From positions 810,001 through 842,000 of the forward strand of contig NC_010085.1 of assembly GCF_000018465.1 (NCBI RefSeq): a stretch of 32,000 nt of DNA. Direction: 5' to 3'. A program made the translations under genes and the position numbers. Below, piece by piece: positions 17,535 to 27,892 of the stretch (position 1 is its first letter; every line of letters begins with the position of its first letter). Under the pieces are notes generated by a model, which was given only the letters and a program-made list of their open reading frames with translations, made no database searches and had not been told where the DNA came from. This DNA is from Nitrosopumilus maritimus SCM1 (GTDB taxonomy: Archaea; Thermoproteota; Nitrososphaeria; Nitrososphaerales; Nitrosopumilaceae).

Positions 17535-18191
17535 ATGTTTGTTATTAATTGTAAAAACTATGAAGAGATTTCAGGTGAAAAGATTACTAAATTTGTAAAG
17601 ACTGCTGAAAAAGTATCAAAAAAATTCAAAGTAAAAATTGCAATTTGCCCACCTCAGCATTTGATTGGCGTTGTTGCAAACAGTTCAATTCCAATTTTTG
17701 CACAACACATTGATGATTCCAAAGTAGGTAGCACAACTGGATTTGTAATTCCAGAATTGTTAAAAAAATCCCAAGTAAATGGATCACTAATCAATCATAG
17801 CGAACATAGAATTTCATCAAAAGAGATCACAAAACTAGTATCAAAACTAAAAGAATTGAAGATGACATCAATTGTTTGTGTAAAAGATGTTGCTGAAGCA
17901 AGAAAATATGCAAAACTAAACCCAAATTATATTGCAATAGAGCCACCAGAGCTTATTGGATCAGGGAAAGCAGTGTCAACTGAAAGACCAGAATTAATTA
18001 CAAAAGCAGCAAATGCTGTAAAAAGTGCAAATAACAATACAAAACTTCTTTGTGGTGCAGGAATTGTTTCTGGACAAGATGTTTCAAAGGCAGTAGAATT
18101 AGGATCAAAAGGGATCCTTGTGGCAAGCGGCATTATCAAAGCAAAGAATTGGGACAAAATAATTTCTGAATTTGCCAAGGCATTAGTTTAA
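17535..18191 (+). CDS. tpiA: Triosephosphate isomerase, archaeal type
   Basis: VINCKNYEE, GSLINHSEHR, IAIEPPELIGSG, LLCGAGIVSGQD, GILVASG. Confidence 0.95.
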   Translation: MFVINCKNYEEISGEKITKFVKTAEKVSKKFKVKIAICPPQHLIGVVANSSIPIFAQHIDDSKVGSTTGFVIPELLKKSQVNGSLINHSEHRISSKEITKLVSKLKELKMTSIVCVKDVAEARKYAKLNPNYIAIEPPELIGSGKAVSTERPELITKAANAVKSANNNTKLLCGAGIVSGQDVSKAVELGSKGILVASGIIKAKNWDKIISEFAKALV

Positions 18192-18218
18192 AAAGCCAAA
18201 AAATTTACGCATTCTTGC

Positions 18219-20882
18219 ATGGCAAAAACAAAACCAGTTTATGCATTTGAAGAGGCAGACAGCAAACAAAGAATGCTTCTAGGCGGAAAAGGAGCAGGAT
18301 TAAGCGAGATGACTCGATTAAAACTCCCTGTACCTCCAGGATTCACAATCACAACTGAGGTTTGTAACAAGTATTACGAAAACAATCGAAAGCTACCAAA
18401 AGACGTCATGCCATCAGTGATGAAAAACATTGAAAAAATTGAAAAAAAGACTGGAAAAAAATGGAATTCAACAAAGAATCCATTACTAGTATCAGTAAGA
18501 TCTGGCGCAGCAATTTCAATGCCAGGAATGATGGATACAATTTTGAATTTAGGATTAAATGAAAAAACAGTTGAGGGGTTAGCAACACAAACACAGAACC
18601 CACGTTTTGCTTGGGATTCTTATCGAAGATTTATCCAATTATTTGGAAAAGTTGTATTTGGAGTAAATGATGAAAAATTTGATCATGTGTTAGAGTCTGC
18701 AAAGACCAAACAAAAAGTAAAAGATGACAGTCAACTAAATGTAGAATCTTTAAAGAAAATCGTATCAGAGTATAAAAAAATCTGTGAAAAACACACAAAA
18801 AGAAAATTCCCAGATTCGCCTAATGAGCAATTAGGATTAGCAATTGAAGCAGTTTTCAAAAGTTGGATGGGAGAAAGAGCAATAGTTTATCGTGAAAAAA
18901 ATAACATTACAAAAGATATTGCAAATGGAACAGCAGTCAATGTTGTTACCATGGTATTTGGAAACATGGGAGATGACAGTGCCACAGGTGTAGTCTTTAC
19001 AAGAAATGGGCATAATGGTAAAAAGGAAATTGAGGGAGAATATCTAATCAATGCACAAGGTGAAGATGTAGTTGCAGGAGTTAGGACTGGAAAGAATGTT
19101 GCATTACTCAAAAAAGAGATGCCAAAATCCCATAAAGAATTATCTGATGCATGTTCAAAATTAGAAAAACACTTCAGAGAACCACAAGACATCGAATTTA
19201 CAATTGAACAAGGCAAATTCTACTTGTTACAAACAAGAACTGCAAAGATGAGTGCAGGTGCACTAGTAAAAACATCAGTAGACATGGTAAAAGAGAAATT
19301 AATTGATAAAAACAAAGCACTTACAAGAATTCCAGCACAACAACTTGAAGCATTACTCCACAGAACAATGGATGAGTCAAAACTAAAAAACTATAAACAA
19401 TTAGCAAAAGGAATTGCAGCATCACCAGGTGCAGCAAGTGGAATTGCAGTATTTGATGTAAAAAAAGCAATCGAGTTAGGAGAAGCAGGAAAGAAAGTAA
19501 TTCTAATCAGAAAAGAAACAAAACCTGAAGACGTTCCAGCATTCTTTTCATCAGAAGGAGTATTGACAAGTTTGGGAGGAAAATCATCTCATGCAGCAAT
19601 TGTCTCAAGAGGAATGGGCAAACCATGTATCGTAGGATGTGCAGAATTGAAAATTGATTATGACAAGAACACATGTACTGCAAACGGTAAGACCGTAAAG
19701 GAAGGAGAAGTTATTTCAATTAATGGTAGTGTCGGTACTGTTTTCATCGGAGAAGTTCCAACAGTAGAGCCAAAAGTAACTAAAGACTTTGAACAAATTC
19801 TAGATTGGGCACAAAAAACCAAGGTTCTAGGAATCAGAGCAAATGCAGATACTCCTGAGGCTGCAAAACTTGCTAGAAAATTCGGAGGACAAGGTATTGG
19901 ATTATGTAGAACAGAGAGAATGTTCAATGCAAATGACAGAATCGGCCTGTTTGTAGACATGATTATGGCTGAAAATGCCGAAAAAAGAGCAATAGTTCTA
20001 AAGAAATTAGGACAATTACAAAAAAGTGACTTTAAACAAATTCTAAAAGCAATGGAAGGATACGAAGTTACAATCAGACTATTAGATCCTCCACTACACG
20101 AATTCTTGCCGAACCCTGAAGAGTTATCAGAAAAAATTCAGAAATTAAAAGCAAAGAAAGCAACTAAAGAAATCAAAAAGGCTGAAGTAGTTCTAAAAAG
20201 AGCAAGAGAGCTTGCAGAAGTAAACCCAATGATGGGTCACAGAGGTGTTAGAGTTGGAGTAACATATCCTGAAATTTACGAGATGCAAATTCGTGCAGTC
20301 TTTGAAGCACTAGTTGATTTGACAAAACAAAAAGTAAAGGCACACCCACAAATCATGATTCCTCAAATCAGCAGTATTGCAGAATTGAATCATATCAAGA
20401 AAATTTATGACAAAATAAAGAAAGAAGTTGAAACTAAAAACAAGATGAAATTAAAAATTAACTTTGGTACTATGATCGAAGTAGTAAGAGCTGCATTAAC
20501 AGCAAATGAACTTGCAACTACTGCAGAATTCTTTAGCTTTGGTACCAATGACCTTACTCAAGGAACATTTAGTTTCAGCAGAGAAGATGTAGAAGGAAAA
20601 TTCCTTCCAGAGTACATGGAGAAAGAACTACTTGAAAGAAGTCCATTCCAATCAATTGATGTAAACGGTGTTGGAAGTCTAATTAAAATTGGAATTGATC
20701 ATGGTCGCGGAATAAGAAAAAATATGGAAGTTGGAATTTGTGGAGAACATGGAGGAGACCCTGATTCAATCAAATTCTGCCATGGCGCAAAACTAAGCTA
20801 TGTTAGTGCATCACCACACAGAATTCCTATTGCCATTGTTGCAGCAGCCCAGGCAGCAATTGAACAATCAAAGAAAAAATAA
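18219..20882 (+). CDS. ppdK: Pyruvate, phosphate dikinase
   Basis: GGKGAGLSEMTRL, catalytic GGKSSHAAIVSRGMGKPCIVG, LCRTERMF, MIEVVRA, SFGTNDLTQ, VGICGEHGGDP. Confidence 0.97.
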   Translation: MAKTKPVYAFEEADSKQRMLLGGKGAGLSEMTRLKLPVPPGFTITTEVCNKYYENNRKLPKDVMPSVMKNIEKIEKKTGKKWNSTKNPLLVSVRSGAAISMPGMMDTILNLGLNEKTVEGLATQTQNPRFAWDSYRRFIQLFGKVVFGVNDEKFDHVLESAKTKQKVKDDSQLNVESLKKIVSEYKKICEKHTKRKFPDSPNEQLGLAIEAVFKSWMGERAIVYREKNNITKDIANGTAVNVVTMVFGNMGDDSATGVVFTRNGHNGKKEIEGEYLINAQGEDVVAGVRTGKNVALLKKEMPKSHKELSDACSKLEKHFREPQDIEFTIEQGKFYLLQTRTAKMSAGALVKTSVDMVKEKLIDKNKALTRIPAQQLEALLHRTMDESKLKNYKQLAKGIAASPGAASGIAVFDVKKAIELGEAGKKVILIRKETKPEDVPAFFSSEGVLTSLGGKSSHAAIVSRGMGKPCIVGCAELKIDYDKNTCTANGKTVKEGEVISINGSVGTVFIGEVPTVEPKVTKDFEQILDWAQKTKVLGIRANADTPEAAKLARKFGGQGIGLCRTERMFNANDRIGLFVDMIMAENAEKRAIVLKKLGQLQKSDFKQILKAMEGYEVTIRLLDPPLHEFLPNPEELSEKIQKLKAKKATKEIKKAEVVLKRARELAEVNPMMGHRGVRVGVTYPEIYEMQIRAVFEALVDLTKQKVKAHPQIMIPQISSIAELNHIKKIYDKIKKEVETKNKMKLKINFGTMIEVVRAALTANELATTAEFFSFGTNDLTQGTFSFSREDVEGKFLPEYMEKELLERSPFQSIDVNGVGSLIKIGIDHGRGIRKNMEVGICGEHGGDPDSIKFCHGAKLSYVSASPHRIPIAIVAAAQAAIEQSKKK

Positions 20883-20924
20883 TCCAGTATCATTTAATAG
20901 AGATTAATCATTACTAAATCTCAA

Positions 20925-21482
20925 ATGCTCCCAAATGTTGAATCAATAAAGCAAATGAGACAGAAATTAGGAATTACTCAGAAAAAACTTGCCAGCATGA
21001 CTGGAGTCAGTACATCTATGATTAACCAGATAGAATCAGGAAGAAGCCAACCAAGTTATGAAACTGCAAAAAAGATTTTTGAGAATCTATCAAATTTGGA
21101 GAGCAGATCATCATCTCACAAAGCAGGAGACTTTTGTAGTCAAGACATTGTAAAGCTAAAACCATCCAATACATTACATGATGCAATCAAAAAGATGCAT
21201 CAATTATCAATCAGTCAAATTCCAGTTTTTGAAGGAAAAGAGATAGTTGGTGTTGTATCTGAAGATGGAATTGTCAAACATCTTGCAGATGTAGGTGAAG
21301 CTGAACTAAAGAACGCAAAACTTGCAGATACGATGGATCCAGTTCCACCAATAGTCGACTTTGAAACACCAGCAAACGTTCTTGTTCCATTAATTAGATA
21401 TTCCAAATGTATTCTAGTTACAAAGAAATCAAAGATAATGGGAATTATCACCGCATCAGATACATTGAAAATGATGGAATAA
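20925..21482 (+). CDS. HTH (XRE) plus CBS-domain transcriptional regulator
   Basis: RQKLGITQKKLASMTGVSTSMINQIESGRSQPSYETAKKIFENL followed by tandem CBS-like repeats. Confidence 0.88.
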   Translation: MLPNVESIKQMRQKLGITQKKLASMTGVSTSMINQIESGRSQPSYETAKKIFENLSNLESRSSSHKAGDFCSQDIVKLKPSNTLHDAIKKMHQLSISQIPVFEGKEIVGVVSEDGIVKHLADVGEAELKNAKLADTMDPVPPIVDFETPANVLVPLIRYSKCILVTKKSKIMGIITASDTLKMME

Positions 21483-21493
21483 TTTTTCTGAAT

Positions 21494-21889
21494 TTATTTT
21501 GGATGAGCACAAAGTTCAGCCAAGACACCATGAAGGGATTTTGGATGAATAAAGGTAACTTTAGTTCCTGCAGAACCAGGTCTAATTTGTCCTAGAAATT
21601 GAACTCCACAGCCTTCCATTCTTTCAACTTCACCCTCAATATTGTCAGTTTCAAGTGCCATGTGATGTAGTCCTTGGCCTTTTTTCTCCAAGAATTTTTT
21701 AATTGGACTGTTATCATTTGTTGGTTGCATTAATTCAACACGACCGTTTTCCAAGTGAATAATTGCAACTTTGACACCTTCAGATTCAACTGTCTCAAAT
21801 TCTACAGAGTCAACACCTAATGCTTGTTGGTAAACTTTGGCAGATTCTTCAACATCATTTACGGCAATTGCAATATGATCAATCTTCAT
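21494..21889 (-). CDS. mce: Methylmalonyl-CoA epimerase
   Basis: KIDHIAIAVNDVEESAKVYQQALGV...GLHHMALETDNIE...IGQIRPGSAGTKVTFIHPKSLHGVLAEL; adjacent to mutase. Confidence 0.93.
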   Translation of the reverse strand: MKIDHIAIAVNDVEESAKVYQQALGVDSVEFETVESEGVKVAIIHLENGRVELMQPTNDNSPIKKFLEKKGQGLHHMALETDNIEGEVERMEGCGVQFLGQIRPGSAGTKVTFIHPKSLHGVLAELCAHPK

Positions 21890-23491
21890 CTAGAATACCT
21901 CCTTTGGACGATATTCACCAAATACTTCACGGAATGCATTACTAATTTCACCAGTAGTAGCAAAAGCTTTTGCAGCAGTAATAATGTATGGCATCAAATT
22001 CTCATCAGTCTCAGCTGCGCTTTGCATTGCAGACAAGGCTTTTTCCCACTTCTTTTTGTCTCTTGATGCACGTAATTGTTTTAGTGCTTTTTTCTGTTGA
22101 ATCTCAACTTTACCACCAATTCTAAGTAGTTCTGGTTGTTCTTCTTCTTCAGCATACTTGTTTACACCGACTAGGACTCTTTCACCATCATCAGTCTCTT
22201 TCTTTAAGCGATATGCGTTTTGTCTAATTTCAGATTGGAAGAATCCTTTCTCAATTGCTTTTACAGAGCCACCCATTTTCTGAATCTTCTTTAGATATTT
22301 CCAAACACCGTCTTCAATTTGGTCAGATAGCTCCTCAAGATAGTAAGAACCACCAAGTGGATCAGCAGTCTTTGTAATTCCACTCTCATGTGCTACAATT
22401 TGTTGAGTTCTCAAGGCTATTTTTGCAGATTCTTGTGTTGGAAGGGCCAATGCTTCATCTCTAGAGTTTGTGTGAAGAGACTGAGTACCACCGGCAACTG
22501 CAGCCATTGTTTGAATTGCTACACGGATAATGTTGTTATCAGGTTGCTGTGCAGTTAATGATTCACCGCTAGTTTGAGTATGGAATTTTAGTTGCAGAGA
22601 TTTTGGATTTTTAGCATTAAACATTTCTTTGAGAATCTTTGCATAGACTTTTCTTGCGACTCTAAACTTTGCAACTTCTTCAAAGAATTCAATAGTACAA
22701 CAAAAGAAGAATGACAAACGTGGTGCAAAGTCATCAATCTTTAGTCCTTTATCTAAACAAGTTTGAATGTATGCAATTGCATTTGCTAATGTAAATGCAA
22801 CTTCTTGTGTTGCAGTACATCCTGCTTCTCTCATATGGTAACCAGAAATTGATACAGGGTACCATGAAGGAACTTTTTCTGCACAATATCCAATCATGTC
22901 ACCAATTAATCTCATAGAAGGTTGTGGAGGATAGATGTAGGTATTTCTTGCAATGTATTCTTTTAGAATATCATTTTGAGTGGTTCCACGTAATTCATGA
23001 CTTTTGAATCCTTGAGATTCTCCAACTGCAATATAGTATGCAAGTAATGTTGATGCAGTAGAATTGATTGTCATCGAAGAGCTGACCTTTCCAAGAGGAA
23101 TGCCATCAAAGGCAGTCATCATATCTTTAATTGATGTAATAGAAACTCCAACCTTACCAACTTCACCTTCTGCTTGAGGAGCATCAGAGTCATATCCAAT
23201 CTGGGTCGGAAGATCAAATGCCATAGAAAGACCAGTCTGACCTTTTTCAAGCATGAATTTGAATCGCTCATTTGTGAGCTTGGCATCACCAAATCCAGAA
23301 TACTGTCTCATAGTCCAAAATCTATCACGGAACATTCCAGGGTGAATTCCACGTGTAAATGGATATTTACCAGAATCTTCTGAAGGTTTCTTCTTGGAAG
23401 ATTTTTGATAGATTCGTTTTACTGGAAAATTAGAATCAGTAAAGACTTTCTTTTCAGGTTGTTTTGATTTTGATTTTTTTGCTGCCATCAT
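21890..23491 (-). CDS. Methylmalonyl-CoA mutase, large (catalytic, N-terminal) subunit
   Basis: YPFTRGIHPGMFRDRFWTMRQYSGFGDAKLTNERFKFML, GLSMAFDLPTQIGYDSD, LQFHTQTSGESLTAQQPDNNIIR, GTQSLHTNSRDEALALPT. Confidence 0.96.
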   Translation of the reverse strand: MMAAKKSKSKQPEKKVFTDSNFPVKRIYQKSSKKKPSEDSGKYPFTRGIHPGMFRDRFWTMRQYSGFGDAKLTNERFKFMLEKGQTGLSMAFDLPTQIGYDSDAPQAEGEVGKVGVSITSIKDMMTAFDGIPLGKVSSSMTINSTASTLLAYYIAVGESQGFKSHELRGTTQNDILKEYIARNTYIYPPQPSMRLIGDMIGYCAEKVPSWYPVSISGYHMREAGCTATQEVAFTLANAIAYIQTCLDKGLKIDDFAPRLSFFFCCTIEFFEEVAKFRVARKVYAKILKEMFNAKNPKSLQLKFHTQTSGESLTAQQPDNNIIRVAIQTMAAVAGGTQSLHTNSRDEALALPTQESAKIALRTQQIVAHESGITKTADPLGGSYYLEELSDQIEDGVWKYLKKIQKMGGSVKAIEKGFFQSEIRQNAYRLKKETDDGERVLVGVNKYAEEEEQPELLRIGGKVEIQQKKALKQLRASRDKKKWEKALSAMQSAAETDENLMPYIITAAKAFATTGEISNAFREVFGEYRPKEVF

Positions 23492-23494
23492 ACA

Positions 23495-24412
23495 TCACTT
23501 TAACATAGATTTTGTAATCTTATCTCCTGCATCAAATGGGTCTATATCTTTTGATTGTAATTTCTTTAAATATTTTGAAAAGGTTTTATCAGAATCTAAC
23601 ATCTCATCAATCTTTTCTCGCACGTTATTTAAAACGATATCTTTTAGTTCTGTCTCTAATCGTTCTTGGTCCTTTTGTTTCTTTGATTTCTTTTTTAATG
23701 CCATCAAATTTTTCAGAGTCTTTGCAAATTCAGTGATTCCAGTATTCTTTTTTACCGAAGTCTTTAGAATTGCAGGATTTCTGTCAGAATCACCAATAAA
23801 ATCACGTACTGCATCAAAGAGTTGATTTGTTCCGCTAAGGTCACTCTTGTTGACAAGATAGACATCTCCAATTTCAGTCAAACCAGCTTTGATGGTTTGA
23901 ATACTATCACCCGTGTTTGGATTAAAGACTACAACTGTAATATCTGCAATGTTTGAAATTTCAACTTCAGTTTGTCCAGCTCCTACACTTTCAATAATAA
24001 TTGGATTAAATCCTGCATACTCTAAAACACGGATACTATTTCTAAGAGAACGTGAAACTGCACCAGTTGCACCACGAGATGCAATACTACGGATGTATGT
24101 TCCTGAATCAGTTGATTCAGTCATTCGGACTCTATCACCCAAGATTGCACCGCCAGTAACATGGCTAGTTGGGTCTACTGCCAAAACGGCAGGTTTTGTG
24201 CCTAGTTTTTTCATTGCCACTGCAGTTTTGTTTATCAGAGAACTTTTTCCAGCTCCTGCAGGACCAGTAATTCCAATAATAATAGAAGTTCCAGTATTTT
24301 TGAAAATTTTCTTTAAGAGTTTTTTTGATTCTTTTTGATCATTTTCTACTACAGTGATAGCTTTTGCAATTGCTCCACGTTTTCCTTTCTTTAAATCAAC
24401 AAGCAAATCCAA
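23495..24412 (-). CDS. meaB: Methylmalonyl-CoA mutase-associated GTPase (MeaB/ArgK family)
   Basis: GITGPAGAGKSSLINKTAVAMKKLG, AVDPTSHVTGGAILGDRVRM, VESVGAGQTEVEI, VNKSD. Confidence 0.93.
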   Translation of the reverse strand: MDLLVDLKKGKRGAIAKAITVVENDQKESKKLLKKIFKNTGTSIIIGITGPAGAGKSSLINKTAVAMKKLGTKPAVLAVDPTSHVTGGAILGDRVRMTESTDSGTYIRSIASRGATGAVSRSLRNSIRVLEYAGFNPIIIESVGAGQTEVEISNIADITVVVFNPNTGDSIQTIKAGLTEIGDVYLVNKSDLSGTNQLFDAVRDFIGDSDRNPAILKTSVKKNTGITEFAKTLKNLMALKKKSKKQKDQERLETELKDIVLNNVREKIDEMLDSDKTFSKYLKKLQSKDIDPFDAGDKITKSMLK

Positions 24413-24455
24413 TACAAAGTAATCTTTAGAGGTGCAATAAAATCTTGTATGTGAT

Positions 24456-24863
24456 CTAAGGTCTTGAATAAATCACAGGAGGAGCAGAATCACCTAATTG
24501 GTATATCTCTGTTTTTAGTTGAACATGCCCTAGTTCCGGATGGTCTATTTCTAAAACAACAGGATGAATTTCCCATCCATATTTTGGTTCACCTGGAAAT
24601 GGAACAATTTCAATGAATGCAGGACTAGAGAATGTTTTTTGGTATGTCTCCTCCATTCCAAGAATTTCCATTACAACAGAATCAGTTTTTTCAGATTTAT
24701 CAGAAAATGCAACTTCAACATGTCCCGTATCATAATACACTGCATTTACTTGAAATGTTTGACGGAGTTCATCCTTGTCATCATCAGCTCCGCCAGTCAA
24801 AAAGAATATTGCAAGAACAGTAAATACTCCAAGAAATATTGGGGAAAGAAGTTTTCTTGCCAT
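24456..24863 (-). CDS. Hypothetical membrane-anchored/secreted protein (135 aa)
   Basis: N-terminal hydrophobic segment LLSPIFLGVFTVLAIFFLTGG then a soluble beta-rich region; starts directly after the aminopeptidase stop. Confidence 0.65.
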   Translation of the reverse strand: MARKLLSPIFLGVFTVLAIFFLTGGADDDKDELRQTFQVNAVYYDTGHVEVAFSDKSEKTDSVVMEILGMEETYQKTFSSPAFIEIVPFPGEPKYGWEIHPVVLEIDHPELGHVQLKTEIYQLGDSAPPVIYSRP

Positions 24864-24864
24864 A

Positions 24865-27357
24865 TTACTTGAATTCTTTTCTCATTTGGCGTAAGAATCG
24901 GGAATGGATTCGTATCTTTTCTAATGTTTGAGCTTGAGTTCTTTCTGTTCCAGGAGTTGGATGAGATTTGAAAAATGATTTGATGTCTTTTTCCATAGAG
25001 TCATCTGCAACTAGTGCAATACTTGCAACAATTCTATTAAACAAAGGATTACCATAGCCTACTTTTTTGCTCAATTTGCCCCAATTCTTCTTTAACCAAG
25101 GCCAAAGAATCTTCTTTCCATAGGGATTTGCAGCAATCTTCATGATTGGTAATTGCATGTTTTGAGAACGAACCTCTGCGGTTTGAGAGAATTGTAAAGT
25201 TTTGATCAATAATTTTTCATTCTTGAAACTGCACATTGCACCCAAGAATCTTAATTTTTCCTCAGTTGTTTTTGCTTTTTTGTATAATGTTACAAATTGT
25301 GAATGAGTCTTTGCATTACCAGTACGTGCAATAATTGAGAAAACAGGTTCTCTAATATCAGGATGAAGTGATGATGGGTTTTTCAAAAATTCTTTGAATT
25401 TAATTTGTGCCTGCTCAAGTACATGTTCATCACCAAATTTACCCAATACAGTTATTGCATAACCTCTCATGAATGCATCAGTATGTTTGTCTGTTTTTTG
25501 AGGAACCCAACCAAGATTAGATAAAATCTTTCTAAAGTAATTGATAGCATAACTTCTGATTTGTTCTGTGAAATCCTCAAAGAAAGTTAATGATGCTAAA
25601 AAGTTTAGATTGTTTGCAACATTTGTTTGTGGAAGATAAGAGTCTTCATCAAAATATGCATCAGAGAAATCCAAGTAATTTTCTACATCTTCTTTTCCTG
25701 CAACACATAATGCAAACAAATCATTTTGAATTGCCCATCTATCAATGTGAGGAATTTGTTTTTGATCAACTAACATTTTGAGATCAAGTAAGATTCCATC
25801 ATCATATTTTACACGATAAAATCCAGTACGACCAATGTTTGCTACAAATCCAGGTCCTTTAGGAGCTTTGACAGTCATAGATTTTTTTGTTAATAGTTTT
25901 GTTTTGGTCTCCTTTCCTAAACCATAGGTAATTGGGACATGCCACAATCCTTTTTGGGTTTTCTTTGTAGGTTCCATCAAAAAGCGGTTTTGTTTAATTA
26001 TCAAATCATTGTTATTTTGAGTGATATCAATTTGAGGAAATCCAGGCTGTTTTAGCCACGTATTGACCATAGAGCTTACTGGCATTTTTGAGGCTTTGCC
26101 AATTGCATCCCACAAGTCTTGTCCTTGGGCATTTCCATACTTGAATGCTGAAAGATATTTTTTGAGACCGGCTCGGAAATTTTTCTCACCAACATAGTGT
26201 TCAAGCATTCTCAAAACGCATCCACCTTTATCATAAGATATTGCATCAAAGATTTCTCGAATTTCAGCAGGAGATTTTACTTTGACATCAATTGGATGAG
26301 TGGTTTTAAGAGCATCTAATCCCATGGCAGTATTCATTGCATCTTCAATGAATTGATCCCACAAATTCCATTCAGGATAGAATTTGTCAACAAACTTTGT
26401 TGCCATGAATGTTGCAAAGCTTTCGTTAAGCCACAAATCATTCCACCACTTCATAGTGACGAGATTACCAAACCATTGATGTGCAATCTCATGTGAAATT
26501 ACTTCAGCAATGAATTGTTTTGTTCTAGTAGAAGATGTTTTAGGATCATAAAGTAGAATTGTTTCTCTAAATGTTATTGCACCCCAGTTCTCCATTGCTC
26601 CTGCTGCAAAGTCAGGAATTGCAATCAAATCTAATTTAGGTAGAGGATATTTTATTCCAAAATATTTTTCATAAGAGGTTAATAGTTTCTTGCCTAATTC
26701 TAAAGAGTATTTTCCTTTTGATTTGTTTCCCTTTGTAGTTACAACTCTAATCTGAACTTTGCCCGTTTTGCCAGTTAGATATTCAAACTCACCAACTCCA
26801 AGATAGATGAGATATGTTGAGACAACAGGTGTTTTGCCAAACTTGTATAATGTTTTATTTTTGATTTTTTTCTTTGATTGGACTGGCATGTTTGAAATGG
26901 CAGTGAATTTGTTTTCTGCAATAATTGAAATCTCAAATGTTGCCTTTGCTTCAGGCTCATCCCAACATGGAAATGCACGTCTTGCATCAGCTGCCTCAAA
27001 TTGAGTAGTTGCAAGATACTTTGTTTTTCCACCTTGTTTGTATTGACTTCGATAAAATCCCAGTAATCTGTCATTTAGAATTCCTTGAAATTCTAGATGG
27101 ATTGTTGCTTTGCCTTTGATTTTTTCTCCTAGTTTAATTGACAGTCTCTCTTTTTTTTCATCAGTCTTTGGAGTAGATTTTATTATTTTAGAGCCAGACT
27201 TTACAGTACAAGATTTTATTTTAATTTCTGCACAATCTAGTGTGATAAGATTAATTGCTTTATTGCAAGAAACAGTAATAATTTCTGTTCCCAAGAATGT
27301 GAATTTTTTAAGATCTGGCTCAAATGTTAACTCATAATTTATGGGATTAACGTCCAC
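24865..27357 (-). CDS. M1 family aminopeptidase
   Basis: GAMENWGAITFRE and HEIAHQWFGN...LWLNESFATFM zinc metallopeptidase motifs. Confidence 0.95.
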   Translation of the reverse strand: MDVNPINYELTFEPDLKKFTFLGTEIITVSCNKAINLITLDCAEIKIKSCTVKSGSKIIKSTPKTDEKKERLSIKLGEKIKGKATIHLEFQGILNDRLLGFYRSQYKQGGKTKYLATTQFEAADARRAFPCWDEPEAKATFEISIIAENKFTAISNMPVQSKKKIKNKTLYKFGKTPVVSTYLIYLGVGEFEYLTGKTGKVQIRVVTTKGNKSKGKYSLELGKKLLTSYEKYFGIKYPLPKLDLIAIPDFAAGAMENWGAITFRETILLYDPKTSSTRTKQFIAEVISHEIAHQWFGNLVTMKWWNDLWLNESFATFMATKFVDKFYPEWNLWDQFIEDAMNTAMGLDALKTTHPIDVKVKSPAEIREIFDAISYDKGGCVLRMLEHYVGEKNFRAGLKKYLSAFKYGNAQGQDLWDAIGKASKMPVSSMVNTWLKQPGFPQIDITQNNNDLIIKQNRFLMEPTKKTQKGLWHVPITYGLGKETKTKLLTKKSMTVKAPKGPGFVANIGRTGFYRVKYDDGILLDLKMLVDQKQIPHIDRWAIQNDLFALCVAGKEDVENYLDFSDAYFDEDSYLPQTNVANNLNFLASLTFFEDFTEQIRSYAINYFRKILSNLGWVPQKTDKHTDAFMRGYAITVLGKFGDEHVLEQAQIKFKEFLKNPSSLHPDIREPVFSIIARTGNAKTHSQFVTLYKKAKTTEEKLRFLGAMCSFKNEKLLIKTLQFSQTAEVRSQNMQLPIMKIAANPYGKKILWPWLKKNWGKLSKKVGYGNPLFNRIVASIALVADDSMEKDIKSFFKSHPTPGTERTQAQTLEKIRIHSRFLRQMRKEFK

Positions 27358-27429
27358 GTTTGAGATGATTTTGATACTCTTTAAGTAGATTTTCTATTAA
27401 AACGCAAATCAGAAAATCAAATAAAGCCT

Positions 27430-27441
27430 TTAAAATATACC
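27430..27441 (+). promoter_or_regulatory. Putative TATA box for the 27459 gene
   Basis: TTTAAAATATAC ending about 18 nt upstream of ATG 27459. Confidence 0.5.
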
Positions 27442-27458
27442 AAATAACGAGTAACATT

Positions 27459-27881
27459 ATGAAACAAAAAACACAAACAAGAAACATCAAGATTCTAGTT
27501 GCTAAATTAGGCCTTGATGGACATGATAGAGGAGCACTTGTTTTGTGTAGAGCATTTAGGGATGCAGGAATGGAAGTAATCTATTCAGGACTTTTTGCAA
27601 CACCAGAAAGAGTTGCACAGATTGCAGAAGACGAAGATGTTGATGCAATTGCAATGAGTTTACTTAATGGAGCACATGGAACTTTATTCCCAAGAGTAGT
27701 CAAAGCTCTCAAAAAGAAAAAGATCAATGACGTTCTAGTTGTTGGGGGAGGAGTAATTCCAGAAATTGATCATAAAGATTTGATCAAGGCAGGAGTTGAC
27801 CACGTGTTTGGTCCAGGAACACCATTACCTACAATTATTGATCATATCAATACAGGCGTAGGTAAATTAAGAAAAATATAA
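27459..27881 (+). CDS. Methylmalonyl-CoA mutase, small (cobalamin-binding) subunit
   Basis: KILVAKLGLDGHDRGA, AMSLLNGAHGTLFP, VVGGGVIPEID, GPGTPLPTII; B12-binding DxHxxG. Confidence 0.95.
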   Translation: MKQKTQTRNIKILVAKLGLDGHDRGALVLCRAFRDAGMEVIYSGLFATPERVAQIAEDEDVDAIAMSLLNGAHGTLFPRVVKALKKKKINDVLVVGGGVIPEIDHKDLIKAGVDHVFGPGTPLPTIIDHINTGVGKLRKI

Positions 27882-27892
27882 GAAAAAAAGAA

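Noticed and set aside
21824-22066. 80-aa plus ORF with several Cys residues over the mutase start
   Set aside because: Antisense to epimerase/mutase genes; Cys placement arises from the complementary coding frame.
23913-24338. Plus-strand 141-aa ORF antisense to the meaB-like GTPase
   Set aside because: Shadow ORF of a well-supported GTPase frame; no own motifs.
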